Of a stretch of DNA of 64,000 nt, positions 32,557 to 43,189 are shown piece after piece; the first letter of the stretch is position 1; each line of letters opens with the position of its first letter. A model generated the notes under the pieces. The model was given only the letters and a program-made list of their open reading frames with translations. It searched no databases and was not told the origin of the DNA. The DNA is from Alphaproteobacteria bacterium (lineage in GTDB: Bacteria; Pseudomonadota; Alphaproteobacteria; UBA828): assembly GCA_965237415.1 (NCBI GenBank), contig CBDEFM010000002.1:2016001-2080000 (forward strand). The letters run 5' to 3'. Position numbers and translations under genes: made by a program.

Positions 32557-34275
32557 TCACCAGCCCAGCGCGCGGCTCATGCGCCGGGGGTCGGCGGCGC
32601 CTTCGAGCTCGCCCGTCTCGAGGTGCTTGCGGACCGCGCACACGCCGCCTGTCCAGTGCGACCACTCGTCCAGGCGCTCGACGCGGTGCCCGCGCGCGGC
32701 GAGCCGGTCGCTCGTTGCCTCGTCGATGCGTCCTTCGAGGGTGACGAGGCCGGGACGCGCGGCGTGGGGCGCGAAGGAATTGGGATGGCTGTGGGTGACG
32801 AGACGCGGGGCCTCCACCGCATCCTGCAGCGCCATGCCGAAGGCCAGGCGGTTGAGCAGGAACTGCAGGTTGGCCTGGATCTGCGTGTCGCCGCCGGGGG
32901 TCCCGAACGGCATGATCCAGCGACCGGGAGCGAGCGCGAAGCAGGGGTTAGGCGTGAGACGGGGCCGTTTGCCCGGCGCGAAGCAGGAGGGATGACCGCG
33001 CATCGCCCACGATTGGGCGCCGCGGGACGACACCGCCAGCCCCGTTCCCGGCACCACCGGCGTATCCCAGCTCGTATCCGAGGGTGTCGAGCACAATGCG
33101 TTCCCCTCGCCGTCGATGACGCAGACGATCGACGTATCGGGCGAAGGCCCGGCGGGCGCGTCGCTTGCGGCGACCGGCGAGACGTATGCCTCGTGGCCGG
33201 GGATCCGGCCGGGAGGCGGCATTGCGGGAGATGCCTTGCGCGGGTCGATGGCCTTGCTCCGCTCCGCTGCGTAGGCGCGTCCCAAGAGCGTATCGAGAGG
33301 GATGTCCACGAAATCCGGGTCGCCGAGATAGCCTTCCCTGTCGGCGAAGGTGAGCTTGAGGGTCTCTGCGATCGTATGGAGGTACGCATCCGTGCCGCAC
33401 CCCTGCTCGCCTACGCCCGCCGCCTCGGCGATGGAAAGCGCTTCGAGCAGGAACGGACCCTGGCACCACGCGCCGCAGGTGTGAACCTCGACCTCCTCGC
33501 CGCCCAAGCGAAAACGGCGCGAGACCGAAGGCACGATCTGGCAACGGAAGGACTCCAGGTCGTCCGCCGCGAGAAGCCCGTCGTGCTCCTTCTGATGCGC
33601 GAGGATTCGGCGCGCGATGTCGCCTCGGTAAAACGCATGGCGCACCGCCGCGAGGCCGGCCATGCGGTCGTCGCCGGCCGCGCGCTCCTCATCGCAGAGA
33701 AATTGCAGGACCCGGCCCAGATCGGCCTGGACCAGCCGCTCGCCCGGCGCCGGCACCTCGCCGCCGGGCATCCAGATTGCGACGTTCTCCGGCCACTGGC
33801 GGAACTCGTCGGCGTACTTGCGCACGTAGTCGAGCATGACCCGGTGACGGGGAAAGCCGTGCGAAGCGTAGCGCACGGCGCGCGCCGCCACGTCGCGGAA
33901 TGTCATCGTGCCCCATCGCTCCAACGCCTGGATGCAGGCATCGGGGGCGGCCGGCACGACGGTGCGGCGCACCCCGAGCGGAATGGTTCCCCCGTGGCGT
34001 TCGATGAAGGCTTCCGCGTCGAGCGCCCGCGGCCAGCCGCCGACGCCTGCAATCGTGACCACCTCGCCGGTCTCCGCGAGCCGGACGATCATCGGCGCGA
34101 CCCCGGCGATGCTCACCTGATCGCTGTAGACCACGCCGAGGGTGAGGATTGCGGCGACCCCTGCGTCGATCGCGTTGCCGCCGCTCTCAAGCGCCTCGAA
34201 CGCGGCCAGTGTCGCGAGTTCATGCCCCGTGCTGGCAACGTAGTGATGGCCACGGGTGACGGGCACGACGGACAT
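32557..34275 (-). CDS. Gamma-glutamyltransferase-family Ntn hydrolase (acylase/oxamate amidohydrolase-like)
   Basis: GGNAIDAGVAA, FYRGDIA, FADRE.YLGDP, DTS nucleophile site, PGKRPRLT, GTPGGD.Q.Q, ADPRR. Confidence 0.9.
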   Translation of the reverse strand: MSVVPVTRGHHYVASTGHELATLAAFEALESGGNAIDAGVAAILTLGVVYSDQVSIAGVAPMIVRLAETGEVVTIAGVGGWPRALDAEAFIERHGGTIPLGVRRTVVPAAPDACIQALERWGTMTFRDVAARAVRYASHGFPRHRVMLDYVRKYADEFRQWPENVAIWMPGGEVPAPGERLVQADLGRVLQFLCDEERAAGDDRMAGLAAVRHAFYRGDIARRILAHQKEHDGLLAADDLESFRCQIVPSVSRRFRLGGEEVEVHTCGAWCQGPFLLEALSIAEAAGVGEQGCGTDAYLHTIAETLKLTFADREGYLGDPDFVDIPLDTLLGRAYAAERSKAIDPRKASPAMPPPGRIPGHEAYVSPVAASDAPAGPSPDTSIVCVIDGEGNALCSTPSDTSWDTPVVPGTGLAVSSRGAQSWAMRGHPSCFAPGKRPRLTPNPCFALAPGRWIMPFGTPGGDTQIQANLQFLLNRLAFGMALQDAVEAPRLVTHSHPNSFAPHAARPGLVTLEGRIDEATSDRLAARGHRVERLDEWSHWTGGVCAVRKHLETGELEGAADPRRMSRALGW

Positions 34276-34377
34276 GGCAGCCTGCGAACGAGTAGGGGGG
34301 CCGGACCGGCGGAGTATAGACTGTAATGCAGCGACGACGCTTCGCCTGCCAGCAAGACTCGCGGAGGCCAGCGATCC

Positions 34378-35142
34378 ATGCAACCTGTTTGTCTCGTTAT
34401 CGGTGCCGGCGCCGGCATCGGGAGCCATGTCGGAAGCCGCTTCGCCCGCGAGGGCTACCACGCGGTCCTTTGCCGGCGGACGGATCAGGAGGGCCTGGGC
34501 AGGTCGGTCGCCAGCATTAGAGGCGAGGGCGGCGCTGCATCGGGCTTCCTGCTGAACGCCGTGGCGCCCGGCGCCATCGAAGAGCGGATCGCCGCGATCG
34601 AAGCGGATATCGGCCCGATCGAGGTGGTGGTCTACAACCTGGGGGCACAGATCGGCGACCGGCCGCTCGCGGACACCAGCCACAAGGCGTTCGAATTGGG
34701 CTGGCGCTTGGCGACCTTCGGCCTGTTCAGGACCGCGGCCAGCGTCTGTCCGTTGATGGAGAAGCGGGGCCGCGGGACCATCCTCGTCACATCGGCCACC
34801 GCCGCGATGCGCGGCAACAAGGGCCAGCATTCGCATGCGGCTGCCATGGCAGGCCGGCGCATGCTGTGCCAGACCCTCAATGCGGAGTTCGGCCCCAAGG
34901 GCATTCATGTCGCTCACATCGTCGTCGACGGCATGGTCGATGCGCCCGATACGCTCGGCAGGATGCTGGGCGAGGAAGCGTTCCAGAGGCTCCGGGAAGA
35001 GCGGGGATTAGAGCATGACGGATTGCTGCTTCCCGCCAGGATCGCCGATAGCTACGTCCACCTTTCCCAGCAGCACCGATCCGCGTGGACATTCGAGCTC
35101 GATCTCAGGCCGTTCTCCGACACGCCGTGGTGGAATAGCTGA
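34378..35142 (+). CDS. Short-chain dehydrogenase/reductase
   Basis: IGAGAGIG, YNLG, TSATAAMRG, GIHVAHIVVDG; lacks the canonical YxxxK (HAAAM). Confidence 0.88.
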   Translation: MQPVCLVIGAGAGIGSHVGSRFAREGYHAVLCRRTDQEGLGRSVASIRGEGGAASGFLLNAVAPGAIEERIAAIEADIGPIEVVVYNLGAQIGDRPLADTSHKAFELGWRLATFGLFRTAASVCPLMEKRGRGTILVTSATAAMRGNKGQHSHAAAMAGRRMLCQTLNAEFGPKGIHVAHIVVDGMVDAPDTLGRMLGEEAFQRLREERGLEHDGLLLPARIADSYVHLSQQHRSAWTFELDLRPFSDTPWWNS

Positions 35143-35409
35143 CGCCGCATCGTCCGGCCGCGCTATTCGACCCGTCAACACGCTGGCCTGCATTGACGCA
35201 AGCGCTCGGATTTGCCACGCTGCGAGCGTAGACTCATGCACTTATTTGGAGCGTATGATCCGCAGGTCCGCTGCACCAACGCACACGCGGACGCAGGAGA
35301 TTCATACTTGGTGGTCGTTACCGAGGAGACGCGTTAAGCGGCCGGCGATGAAGCAGGGTCAGGCGTGGAACTCCATGCCGTCCACTGACACGTTCGTTGG
35401 GCGATAGCG

Positions 35410-36285
35410 ATGCGCGTGCAATTTGGCGAAGGCGCCGATCGCCTCTCTTGGGCTTATCCGAAGCTCAGCCCTCAGCTCAAGAAGTGCGCCGCCTACCTCC
35501 TGGAGCACCCGAGCGAGGTCGCTACGTTCTCCATGCGTCAGCTGGCGGCGAAAGCGGATGTACCCCCAAGCACCATGAACCGACTCGCGCGGGCGCTCGA
35601 CTTCGACACCTACGACGAGTTCCGCGCGCTCTACCGCGACAGCATCAACGAGCAATCGGCAGGCTATTCGCTTGAGGGCGGACAGGTGCGGGCGGTCGCG
35701 CGCGAAAGCGAATTCGATCATGCTCTCAATGCCTTCCAGCAAGCAGCGGTCAACAATATCAACACCCTGTTCGACCACATCGACCGCGCAGCCCTGGAGC
35801 GGGCGGTGCAGGCGTTGACGGCTGCCCGTAACGTCCTCGTGGTCGGCATGCACACGTCTCATGCATCGGCGGACCACTTGCATCGTATAGCGGCCATGGG
35901 GTTCAACAACTGGCACCTGCTGGCGCGCGACAAAGCCGACGCCTCTCATCTGGTGGAGGCTTTGGCGCCTGCCGATGCCGTCGTCTGTATCGCCGTCGAG
36001 CCCTGCGCGGCCGATTCCATCAGGGTTGCCCGGCGCGCCCGGGAGGCCGGCGCTCGAGTCATCGGGATCACCGATCGTCGGACGTCACCGCTGGCCGCCT
36101 GCTCGGACGACATCCTGCTTATTTCGGTGCACAGCCCGAGCCTTTTTCCATCTTACGTTGGCGCTATGGCCCTGATAGAAGTGTTGGTGGGTATGATCGC
36201 AGCGCGCGGCGATCGCTCGGTAGTCGAGACCATCGACAAGTCGAAACGTTTCCGCCGAGAGATGGGAGAATATTGGAACGAATGA
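35410..36285 (+). CDS. RpiR/MurR-family transcriptional regulator
   Basis: LSPQL...A.YLLEHP, SMRQLA....V.PSTMNRLARAL, C-terminal SIS domain (ITD...SPLA). Confidence 0.9.
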   Translation: MRVQFGEGADRLSWAYPKLSPQLKKCAAYLLEHPSEVATFSMRQLAAKADVPPSTMNRLARALDFDTYDEFRALYRDSINEQSAGYSLEGGQVRAVARESEFDHALNAFQQAAVNNINTLFDHIDRAALERAVQALTAARNVLVVGMHTSHASADHLHRIAAMGFNNWHLLARDKADASHLVEALAPADAVVCIAVEPCAADSIRVARRAREAGARVIGITDRRTSPLAACSDDILLISVHSPSLFPSYVGAMALIEVLVGMIAARGDRSVVETIDKSKRFRREMGEYWNE

Positions 36286-36378
36286 TCCGTTATGCCGATG
36301 ACTTGCGAGTCATGGGCCCCTGATTGCGGTTCCCGTTTCGCGAACTCTAAGTTCGTCCGGATTGCGCCTCAAAATCCG

Positions 36379-36948
36379 TTAGACCTGAGAATGGGTTGGC
36401 GTGTCCGGTCTCGGCAACTCGAGCAGATGTCGCAGAAGCGCCACGAGATCGGTGATGGTCTGCCGATCGAGGTCACCCAGCCATTGATGCTCCCGCGCAT
36501 GCTGGAGCTTGAACGCCTCCTTCACCCGGCGGCGGCCCTTCTCGGTGATCACCACCGTCACCAACCGCCGATCCGCTGACTGCCTTCGGCGCCTGATGAG
36601 TGCGTCCCGCTCGAGGGTATTCAAGACGCTCGACACCGTCCCTCTCGATACGGCGCAGAGCCTCGCGAGTTCGCGCGGTTCGACCTCCTTTTCGATCCAG
36701 GTGCAGAACAGCACCCGGAAGCCCGCCCACGACATGCCGAGCGGCCGGTGAACGTTGGCCTCGAAGTCGTACATCAAGCGATTGGCGACCCGGAATAGAT
36801 CGAAGGTCGCGGCGAACACCGCCGGGTCGACGACGGTCTCCGCCTCCTCGCCAAGCCGCGCGAGGGCGCGCTTCTCGAATGCCGTGGCTTTCGAGGCCGC
36901 ATTAGAGGCGTCGCTCGCACGTGGAGCTGGCCGGCCTTTGTCGCCCAT
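36379..36948 (-). CDS. MarR-family transcriptional regulator
   Basis: ELARLCAVSRGTVSSVLNTLERD, DRR.V.V.IT.KG; start moved to ATG 36948 (GAGG upstream). Confidence 0.9.
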   Translation of the reverse strand: MGDKGRPAPRASDASNAASKATAFEKRALARLGEEAETVVDPAVFAATFDLFRVANRLMYDFEANVHRPLGMSWAGFRVLFCTWIEKEVEPRELARLCAVSRGTVSSVLNTLERDALIRRRRQSADRRLVTVVITEKGRRRVKEAFKLQHAREHQWLGDLDRQTITDLVALLRHLLELPRPDTPTHSQV

Positions 36949-37145
36949 CGAATGTCCGCCTCTCTTGTTGGGTGGCCGGGGTGCTGGAAGCGGTCGATCG
37001 CCGGCTCGACAGGCTGAGCCGCAGCGCTCCGCCCGGTCACTGCCTTCCATACCCGACCATGGCGTGGCGCAGGCCAGCAAGAGTCGTGCTGGCAGCCCCT
37101 CAGCCCGGTGTGTATCATTTTCGCTGAATAGTAGGGAGAGATACG

Positions 37146-39266
37146 ATGGCAGAGACCACGGTATTCAGCGCCTGTCCGCACGATTGCCCCGATACCTGCG
37201 CCATGCTCACCACGGTCCGTGACGGCAAGGTGATCGACGTGCGCGGCAATCCCGATCATCCGTTCACCCAGGGCGGTCTCTGCGTCAAGGTCAACGACTA
37301 CCAGAACCGGGTCTACAGCGAGGATCGGGTGCTGTATCCGATGCGCCGCGTCGGCGCCAAAGGGGCCGGCGAATTCGAGCGGATCTCGTGGGATGAGGCG
37401 CTCGACGAGATTTCGAGCCGCTGGAACGCGATCATCGATGAAGACGGCCCGAGCGCCATTCTTCCCTACAGCTATCTCGGGACCGAGGGCATTCTCAACG
37501 GCCTCCATGTCGGCGACGCGTTCTTCAACAAGCTCGGCGCCGCGATCTCGGAACGCACATTCTGCGATTCCGGCGCGATCACCGCGTTTTTCATGACCTG
37601 CGGGCCGACCGCGGCGGTCGATCCGGAGAGTTTCGTTTATTCGAAATACATCGTGCTCTGGGCGATCAACACGATCAGCAACAATCTGCACCATTGGCCG
37701 TTCATTGCGGAGGCGCAGCGCCGGGGCGCCAAGGTGGTCGTGATCGATCCTGTCGCGACCCGCACGGCCAAGAAGGCCGACTGGCACATCCCCATCAAGC
37801 CCGGCACCGATGCCGCCCTGGCGCTCGGCATGATCAACGTGATCATCGCCGAGGATCTGGTCAATCACGACTATGTCGAGAAGTACACGGTCGGCTATGA
37901 CGAGCTGGCGGCGCGCGCCGCGAACTTCCCGCCGGACGTGGTCGCCGGGATCACCGGGATTGCGGCCGACGACATCCGCACGCTCGCGCGCGAGTTCGCC
38001 ACCACGCAGCCCTCCGTGATCCGCATGGGCGTCGCCATCGAACGCAATGCCTCCGGCGGCAACGCCGTGCGTGCGCTCTCCTGCCTGCCCGCCCTGGTCG
38101 GCTCGTGGCGGCACTGCGGCGGCGGCATCCTGCACATGCCGATCTGGGCGTTTCCGGTGAAATTCGACGACCTGAGCCGGGCCGACTGGATTCGCGAGGG
38201 AACGCCGGTGATCAATCAGTGGCGGCTCGGCGCGGCGCTGATGGGCGAGCTCGATCAAAAGGTCAATTCGCTGTTCGTCTACAACGCGAACCCGGTGGTG
38301 ATGGTGCCGGAGCAGGACAAGGTGCTGCAGGGCCTCGCGCGCGAGGATCTGTTCACCGTGGTGAGCGAGCATTTCGTCACCGATACCGCGCGTTACGCCG
38401 ACATCGTGCTGCCGGCCACCACGCAACTCGAGCAATTCGATCTCATGTTCTCGTGGGGGCACCTCTATTTGACCCTCAACGAGCCGGCCATTGCGCCCTG
38501 CGGCGAGTCCGTACCCAATACCGAGCTGTTCCGCCGCTTGGCGCGCGCGATGGGCTTCAACGATCCCAGTTGGGATCGGACGGACGAGCAGATGGCGCTC
38601 GATGCGATGGATTGGAGCAGCCCCATGCTCGAAGGGATCGATCTCGCCGGCTTGCGCAAGACCGGCTATGCCCGCCTCAACGTCGGCTCGCCCGAAGAAT
38701 TCGTCCCGCACCGCGAAGGCAACTTCCCGACGCCCTCCGGCAAGGTCGAGTTCAAGTCCTCCATCGCCGAAGGCGCCGGCAACATGGTGTTGCCGCTGTT
38801 CCGCCAAGGCTATGCGGGCGATCAGTCGGGCGAGACGCTGGATCCCTTGCCCAATTTCATTCCGCAGAATGAATCGCCGCAGACCAGTCCCGAGCTGGCC
38901 GCGCGCTATCCTCTCAACATGCTGTCGCCGAAGGCGCACGCCTTCCTCAATTCGTCCTTCGCCAACATGCAGACCCAGTTGCATCACGCCGGCGAGCAAA
39001 TGGTCATGATCAATCCGAGCGACGCCGGCGCGCGCAGAATCGGCGACGGCGACACGGTGCGTGTCCACAACGATCGCGGCGACTTCCAGGCAAAGGCGCG
39101 GGTGAGCGAAGATGCAAGCCCCGGTGTCGTGGTCGCGCCGGTCGGCTATTGGGCGAAACGCGGCGGGAATGGCCGCACGGTGAACGCGATCAACCCGCCA
39201 GCTTTCGCCGACTATGGCGGCGCGCCGACCTTCTCCGACACCCTGGTCGAGGTCAGCGCGGCCTAG
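37146..39266 (+). CDS. Molybdopterin (bis-MGD) oxidoreductase with N-terminal [4Fe-4S], cytoplasmic
   Basis: CPHDCPDTC...LC.K, ISWDEAL, PGTDAALA, ADIVLPA, TPSGKVEF, NSSF; no Tat signal seen. Confidence 0.9.
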   Translation: MAETTVFSACPHDCPDTCAMLTTVRDGKVIDVRGNPDHPFTQGGLCVKVNDYQNRVYSEDRVLYPMRRVGAKGAGEFERISWDEALDEISSRWNAIIDEDGPSAILPYSYLGTEGILNGLHVGDAFFNKLGAAISERTFCDSGAITAFFMTCGPTAAVDPESFVYSKYIVLWAINTISNNLHHWPFIAEAQRRGAKVVVIDPVATRTAKKADWHIPIKPGTDAALALGMINVIIAEDLVNHDYVEKYTVGYDELAARAANFPPDVVAGITGIAADDIRTLAREFATTQPSVIRMGVAIERNASGGNAVRALSCLPALVGSWRHCGGGILHMPIWAFPVKFDDLSRADWIREGTPVINQWRLGAALMGELDQKVNSLFVYNANPVVMVPEQDKVLQGLAREDLFTVVSEHFVTDTARYADIVLPATTQLEQFDLMFSWGHLYLTLNEPAIAPCGESVPNTELFRRLARAMGFNDPSWDRTDEQMALDAMDWSSPMLEGIDLAGLRKTGYARLNVGSPEEFVPHREGNFPTPSGKVEFKSSIAEGAGNMVLPLFRQGYAGDQSGETLDPLPNFIPQNESPQTSPELAARYPLNMLSPKAHAFLNSSFANMQTQLHHAGEQMVMINPSDAGARRIGDGDTVRVHNDRGDFQAKARVSEDASPGVVVAPVGYWAKRGGNGRTVNAINPPAFADYGGAPTFSDTLVEVSAA

Positions 39267-39314
39267 CTCGGAGTTCTTGCCACGGTCATGGTATGCGGCC
39301 CGGTCCGGGATCGG

Positions 39315-40573
39315 CTAGCGGACGCGCCTGTCCAGGACACGGGCGGCCTTGCCGCTGAAGCGCTTGAAGGTGTTGGGCGGCACAACTTCAAGAAAAGGCT
39401 TGACCCCGAGGTGCCGATAGAGCGTGCCGAACAGGTTCGATTGCAGTGATTCGTCCGGATGCTCGTACCGCACGGCGATCGTGTCGTTAGCGGCCCGCTT
39501 TCTGTCAACCTCGATCCTCCACTCCGCGCCCGGCATCAACTCTCCGGCCAGCACGTCCTCGATCGCGATGCTCGTACCGCTGGATAGACGAGCGTGCCGC
39601 GCACCTTGATGGCGTCATCGACGCGGCCGACGAGGGTCGTCGCCTGCGGCCAGCCCGACGCATCGCGTTCCGCAGGCAGCGAGACGGCCAGGTCTCTCGT
39701 CCTGTATCGGATCAGCACCGTGCCTTCGCGATAGGGCGTGCTCAGGGTGATTTCGCCGATTTCGCCAGCGCCGACCGGCTCGTCCGCGTCGGGGTGCAGA
39801 AGCTCCGCCACAAAATAGTCGGTGTTGATGTTCAGCCGGCCGCCGAACGGGTCCTCCGGCGGGGCGAATGCCAGGATAGGCCCGCCGGTTTCGGTCGCCC
39901 CGTACAGCTCCTGCCAGCGGAAGCCGGGACCGAAGGCGTCGGAAACGCCGCGTTTCAGCGACGCGCTCGACCCCTCGCCGCCGAGGAGGCCCATCCGGAG
40001 CCCGAGGCCTGAGAGGTCGTCGCCGGATTGAGCGGTCGTCTCAGCCAGCAGGCGCATGTAGGAGGGGGTGGCCGAGATGAGGGTCACCGGCAGCTCCCGC
40101 AGCCACTCGATCACCTGAACGGGGCGCGTCGGCCCGCAAGGCACGGTGCCGGCGCCTGCGGCATGAGCGAGCTCATCGAGCGACGGTGCCCCGATCCAGA
40201 GCCCGCCGCCGTGGGTGTTCAGCAGGACGTCGGTGCGTCCGATCCCGATGCATGTCGCCACCCAGCGATACTGGTCCCGGATCGCGTGCCAATCGCTTTC
40301 GGTAAAGCCGATCATCAGGCGCGGCCCGGTCGTGCCGGACGTCGCCGACACGCGATACATCTCCGACAGCGGACGTGCGCTCAGGGGCAGGCGGCCGAAG
40401 GCTTTTAGGTCCGACTTGGTGCAGGTGGGAAGCGCGTGCAGATCGAGGGACGCCCGGTTGCGGTGGAGGTCGGCATAGAAGGGGATTTCCCGCCGGGCGC
40501 GCGCGATCGTCTCCCGGAGCGACGCCTCGTGGCGGCCTACCTCGCCGATGGCGGGCGCGCGGGCCTCAGCCAC
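39315..40573 (-). pseudogene. Phenylacetate-CoA ligase-like (ANL) gene with a frameshift near the 3' end
   Basis: TSGTTG, YGATE, LIRYRTRDL, GRVDD.IKVRG..VYP; continuation IEDVLAG... lies in a different frame after about 39575. Confidence 0.75.
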
Positions 40574-41504
40574 TCTCCGGGCCCTCTTCCCGGTTGCGGC
40601 GGAGGAACGCGTCGCGGTTGTCGAAATAGTCCGAAGGCTCGACGCCGTAGCCTTCGTTCTTCATGCGGTGATAGTCCTTGCCAAGAGCGACTGCTCGGAC
40701 CGCTTTGCTGTTGGCTGGTTGATACCCCACGGCATGGCTTGGGGCGGGCCCTTCGACCACGGTGTTGGTGAGACGGCCTACGCCCTCGATCTCCACCTCG
40801 ACGACGTCGCCCGGCGCCATCGGCCGCGAATTCCAGGGCGTCCCGGTCAGCGCGACGTCGCCCGGCAGCAGGGTGATATGGCGGCTCAGGTCCGCGAGGA
40901 GGTAGTCGATCCCCCAGACCATCTCGCTCACGGGCGCTTCCTGAACGATTTGGCCGTTGAGATAGGTGCGAAGCGTCGAACGCCGCAGGTCCACGCCGCT
41001 CACGATGCCCGGGCCGATGGGGCAGAAGCCGTCCATGCCCTTGACCCGCAACATGGAGCCGGCGTCGGTGCCGCGAAAATCGTGCGCGCCCACGTCATTG
41101 GCAGGCGAGAAGCCCGCGAGATGATCCCAAACCTGCTCGCGGGACGCGTTCTTGAGCGGCCGGCCAACGATCGCGGCGATCTCCCCTTCGTAGTTGAGCC
41201 AATGACAGTTGGCGGGCCGCACCAGATCCCCGCGATGAGCGTTGAGCGCGCTCGGCGGCTTCGCGAAATAGGTCGGGGTTTCGCCGTCGAGATCGCGGCC
41301 GAACTCGACGGCACGCGAACGGAAATTCAAGTGCACGCAAATGATCTTGCTCGGCTCGCAAGGCGGCAAATAGACCGCGTCCCGTTCCGGCAGCTTGCGA
41401 CCGTCGGCCAGCGCAAGCATCTCGCCGTCCGGCTCGCACCACTCAGGTCTGCCGTCGAGCAGGATGCGGCGATGCTCCCGGCGGGGGCCGTCGAGAACGC
41501 TCAT
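40566..41504 (-). CDS. Fumarylacetoacetate hydrolase-family protein (HpaG-like)
   Basis: PSKIICVHLN, YFAKP, NYEGE, ANDV, KGMDGFCPIGP, GDV.LTGTP. Confidence 0.9.
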   Translation of the reverse strand: MSVLDGPRREHRRILLDGRPEWCEPDGEMLALADGRKLPERDAVYLPPCEPSKIICVHLNFRSRAVEFGRDLDGETPTYFAKPPSALNAHRGDLVRPANCHWLNYEGEIAAIVGRPLKNASREQVWDHLAGFSPANDVGAHDFRGTDAGSMLRVKGMDGFCPIGPGIVSGVDLRRSTLRTYLNGQIVQEAPVSEMVWGIDYLLADLSRHITLLPGDVALTGTPWNSRPMAPGDVVEVEIEGVGRLTNTVVEGPAPSHAVGYQPANSKAVRAVALGKDYHRMKNEGYGVEPSDYFDNRDAFLRRNREEGPESG

Positions 41505-42298
41505 GGTGCGTCGCCCACCGGCTGAACGGTGCCGCCCACCACCGAGAAGGCCAAGGAATGAACATGGCCTTGCTGCACGCTGACCGGACCCAGGGAGTCG
41601 ATCTCGTTGAACTCGGATCGGCCGAATTCGAGGGTTGCGGAGCCTCTGAACACCGTGCCGAGCGCGAAGTCCGCCACCTTGGCGCGCTGGAACTCGTGCA
41701 CTGATGGCGCCGTGCCACAGATCGATGGGAAGAGGCGCGTGTGGAGCGGCGGTCTTGCCACCGACGGCGGATAGAAGCTCTCGACTGTTTCTTCGAGGGT
41801 GACGCTCAGCGTGACCAGCCGTCGCCCGAGCTGGGACACGTGCGCAGCGAAGCGGGAGCCGATCGCCTTGCGGACCCCGCCGCGCCCAATCTCGACCGGG
41901 CGAGTCATGAAGATCTCGCCGAGCTTCTTGGGGAAGCCCTGAACGTGCCCCCGTATGAGCGAAAGCTCGCTGTCCACCCAGATATAGGGGATACGGCTTA
42001 CCTTCTTCTCTTGGAAGAGCCCGTAGAGCACGCAATAGGCCTCATGATACTGCCCCATGGCGGGGTCGTCGCCGATGCGGGGATCGCGATCTGCGGACGA
42101 GCACCAGTCGGCGAAGACAAAGCTTCCGCTCCCGTCCCCCATCGGGGACATGCCGGGCGGTAGAAGTTCTGCGACCTGCGCGGGATCCGCAGTGAAGTCG
42201 GCCGAAATAATCTCGCCGGAATAGTGCCAAGGCGGTGGCGGCAACAGCGACGACTTGCCAGTCGGGCTTTGCGGGAGCGTCCATCCCTTCAGGGCCAT
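41501..42298 (-). CDS. Acetoacetate decarboxylase-like family protein
   Basis: PPPWHYSG, QY.E, YIWVD....L.RG..QGFPKK (Schiff-base Lys region). Confidence 0.85.
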   Translation of the reverse strand: MALKGWTLPQSPTGKSSLLPPPPWHYSGEIISADFTADPAQVAELLPPGMSPMGDGSGSFVFADWCSSADRDPRIGDDPAMGQYHEAYCVLYGLFQEKKVSRIPYIWVDSELSLIRGHVQGFPKKLGEIFMTRPVEIGRGGVRKAIGSRFAAHVSQLGRRLVTLSVTLEETVESFYPPSVARPPLHTRLFPSICGTAPSVHEFQRAKVADFALGTVFRGSATLEFGRSEFNEIDSLGPVSVQQGHVHSLAFSVVGGTVQPVGDAP

Positions 42299-42313
42299 GC
42301 TCGTTCCCTTCCG

Positions 42314-43189
42314 TCAACGCGCGCCGTCTCGGTCCTCGAGGTCGAAGACCACATGGACCTGGCCCGTGCCAATCGAGTTCTCGTAAGCGGAGTAGCGCTC
42401 GCCAGGGGCCTCGCACGCACGGCCGCCAATGGCGCCGAGCAGCATCAGGTAGTGGGCGAATCGCCCCTCCGGCGCATGGCTGCGGTAAGCGGGGTAAAAG
42501 TCGCAGACCGCGGCATGGTCGCCGCGCTCCCAGCAGTCAAGCACGTGGAGGTCCGCGGCGCGCGCTTCCGGCGTGATGACGTGGCTCGGGTCGTAGTCCT
42601 GGTGATCGAACAGGGCCCGCAGGGGCCAGAACCGATGCGAAAGGCCGCCGCTACCCATAAGAGCGACGCGAGCCGGTGTGCGCTCGATCGCGGCGGCGAT
42701 CACGTCGCCGAAGGCGAGATAGTCGTCGAGCTCCGCGGTCTGACAGACGCCCACGGACAGGACTTTCTCGTCGCGGCGCATGTGGTGGACGAGATTGATG
42801 GTGGGATAGTGGCGGGGCAGCGTCGGCGAGGTGGCGTTGGTCATCCTGATGCGCCGTTCCTTCGCCACGCTCCGGATCGCTTTGGCAAGCTCCGGCGCAC
42901 CTGCGTAGTCGAACGGGAGCTCGTGTATGACCCGGGGCAGCTCCTCGGAGGTGTAGACGCCCCGATGGTGCCCGGCGCCGGCGATAACATGCTCGGTGGT
43001 GGTGAACCAGTGGGTATCGAAGATCACCCAGCAATCGACCGCCTTGGCCTCGAAATGGGCCCGAAGTCTCCGGTAGCCCTCGACAAGAGTGGTGTCTTGC
43101 CCGCTGCCGCCGAGCCTCCGCCGGACATCCTCCTCCAGCATCACGGTCGGCACGTGGCCCACCACCGCCGCGCTCACGATCTCACCCAT
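42314..43189 (-). CDS. LigB-type extradiol ring-cleavage dioxygenase (HpaD-like)
   Basis: MGEIV.A..V.HVP, FDTHW, SEELP, HYPTIN, SGGLSHRFW, EG.FAHY.M, GTGQ. Confidence 0.88.
   Translation of the reverse strand: MGEIVSAAVVGHVPTVMLEEDVRRRLGGSGQDTTLVEGYRRLRAHFEAKAVDCWVIFDTHWFTTTEHVIAGAGHHRGVYTSEELPRVIHELPFDYAGAPELAKAIRSVAKERRIRMTNATSPTLPRHYPTINLVHHMRRDEKVLSVGVCQTAELDDYLAFGDVIAAAIERTPARVALMGSGGLSHRFWPLRALFDHQDYDPSHVITPEARAADLHVLDCWERGDHAAVCDFYPAYRSHAPEGRFAHYLMLLGAIGGRACEAPGERYSAYENSIGTGQVHVVFDLEDRDGAR

Noticed and set aside
37146-39266. Selenocysteine or stop read-through in the molybdoenzyme
   Set aside because: The frame has no internal TGA; Cys is present in the likely ligand region (TFCDSG).
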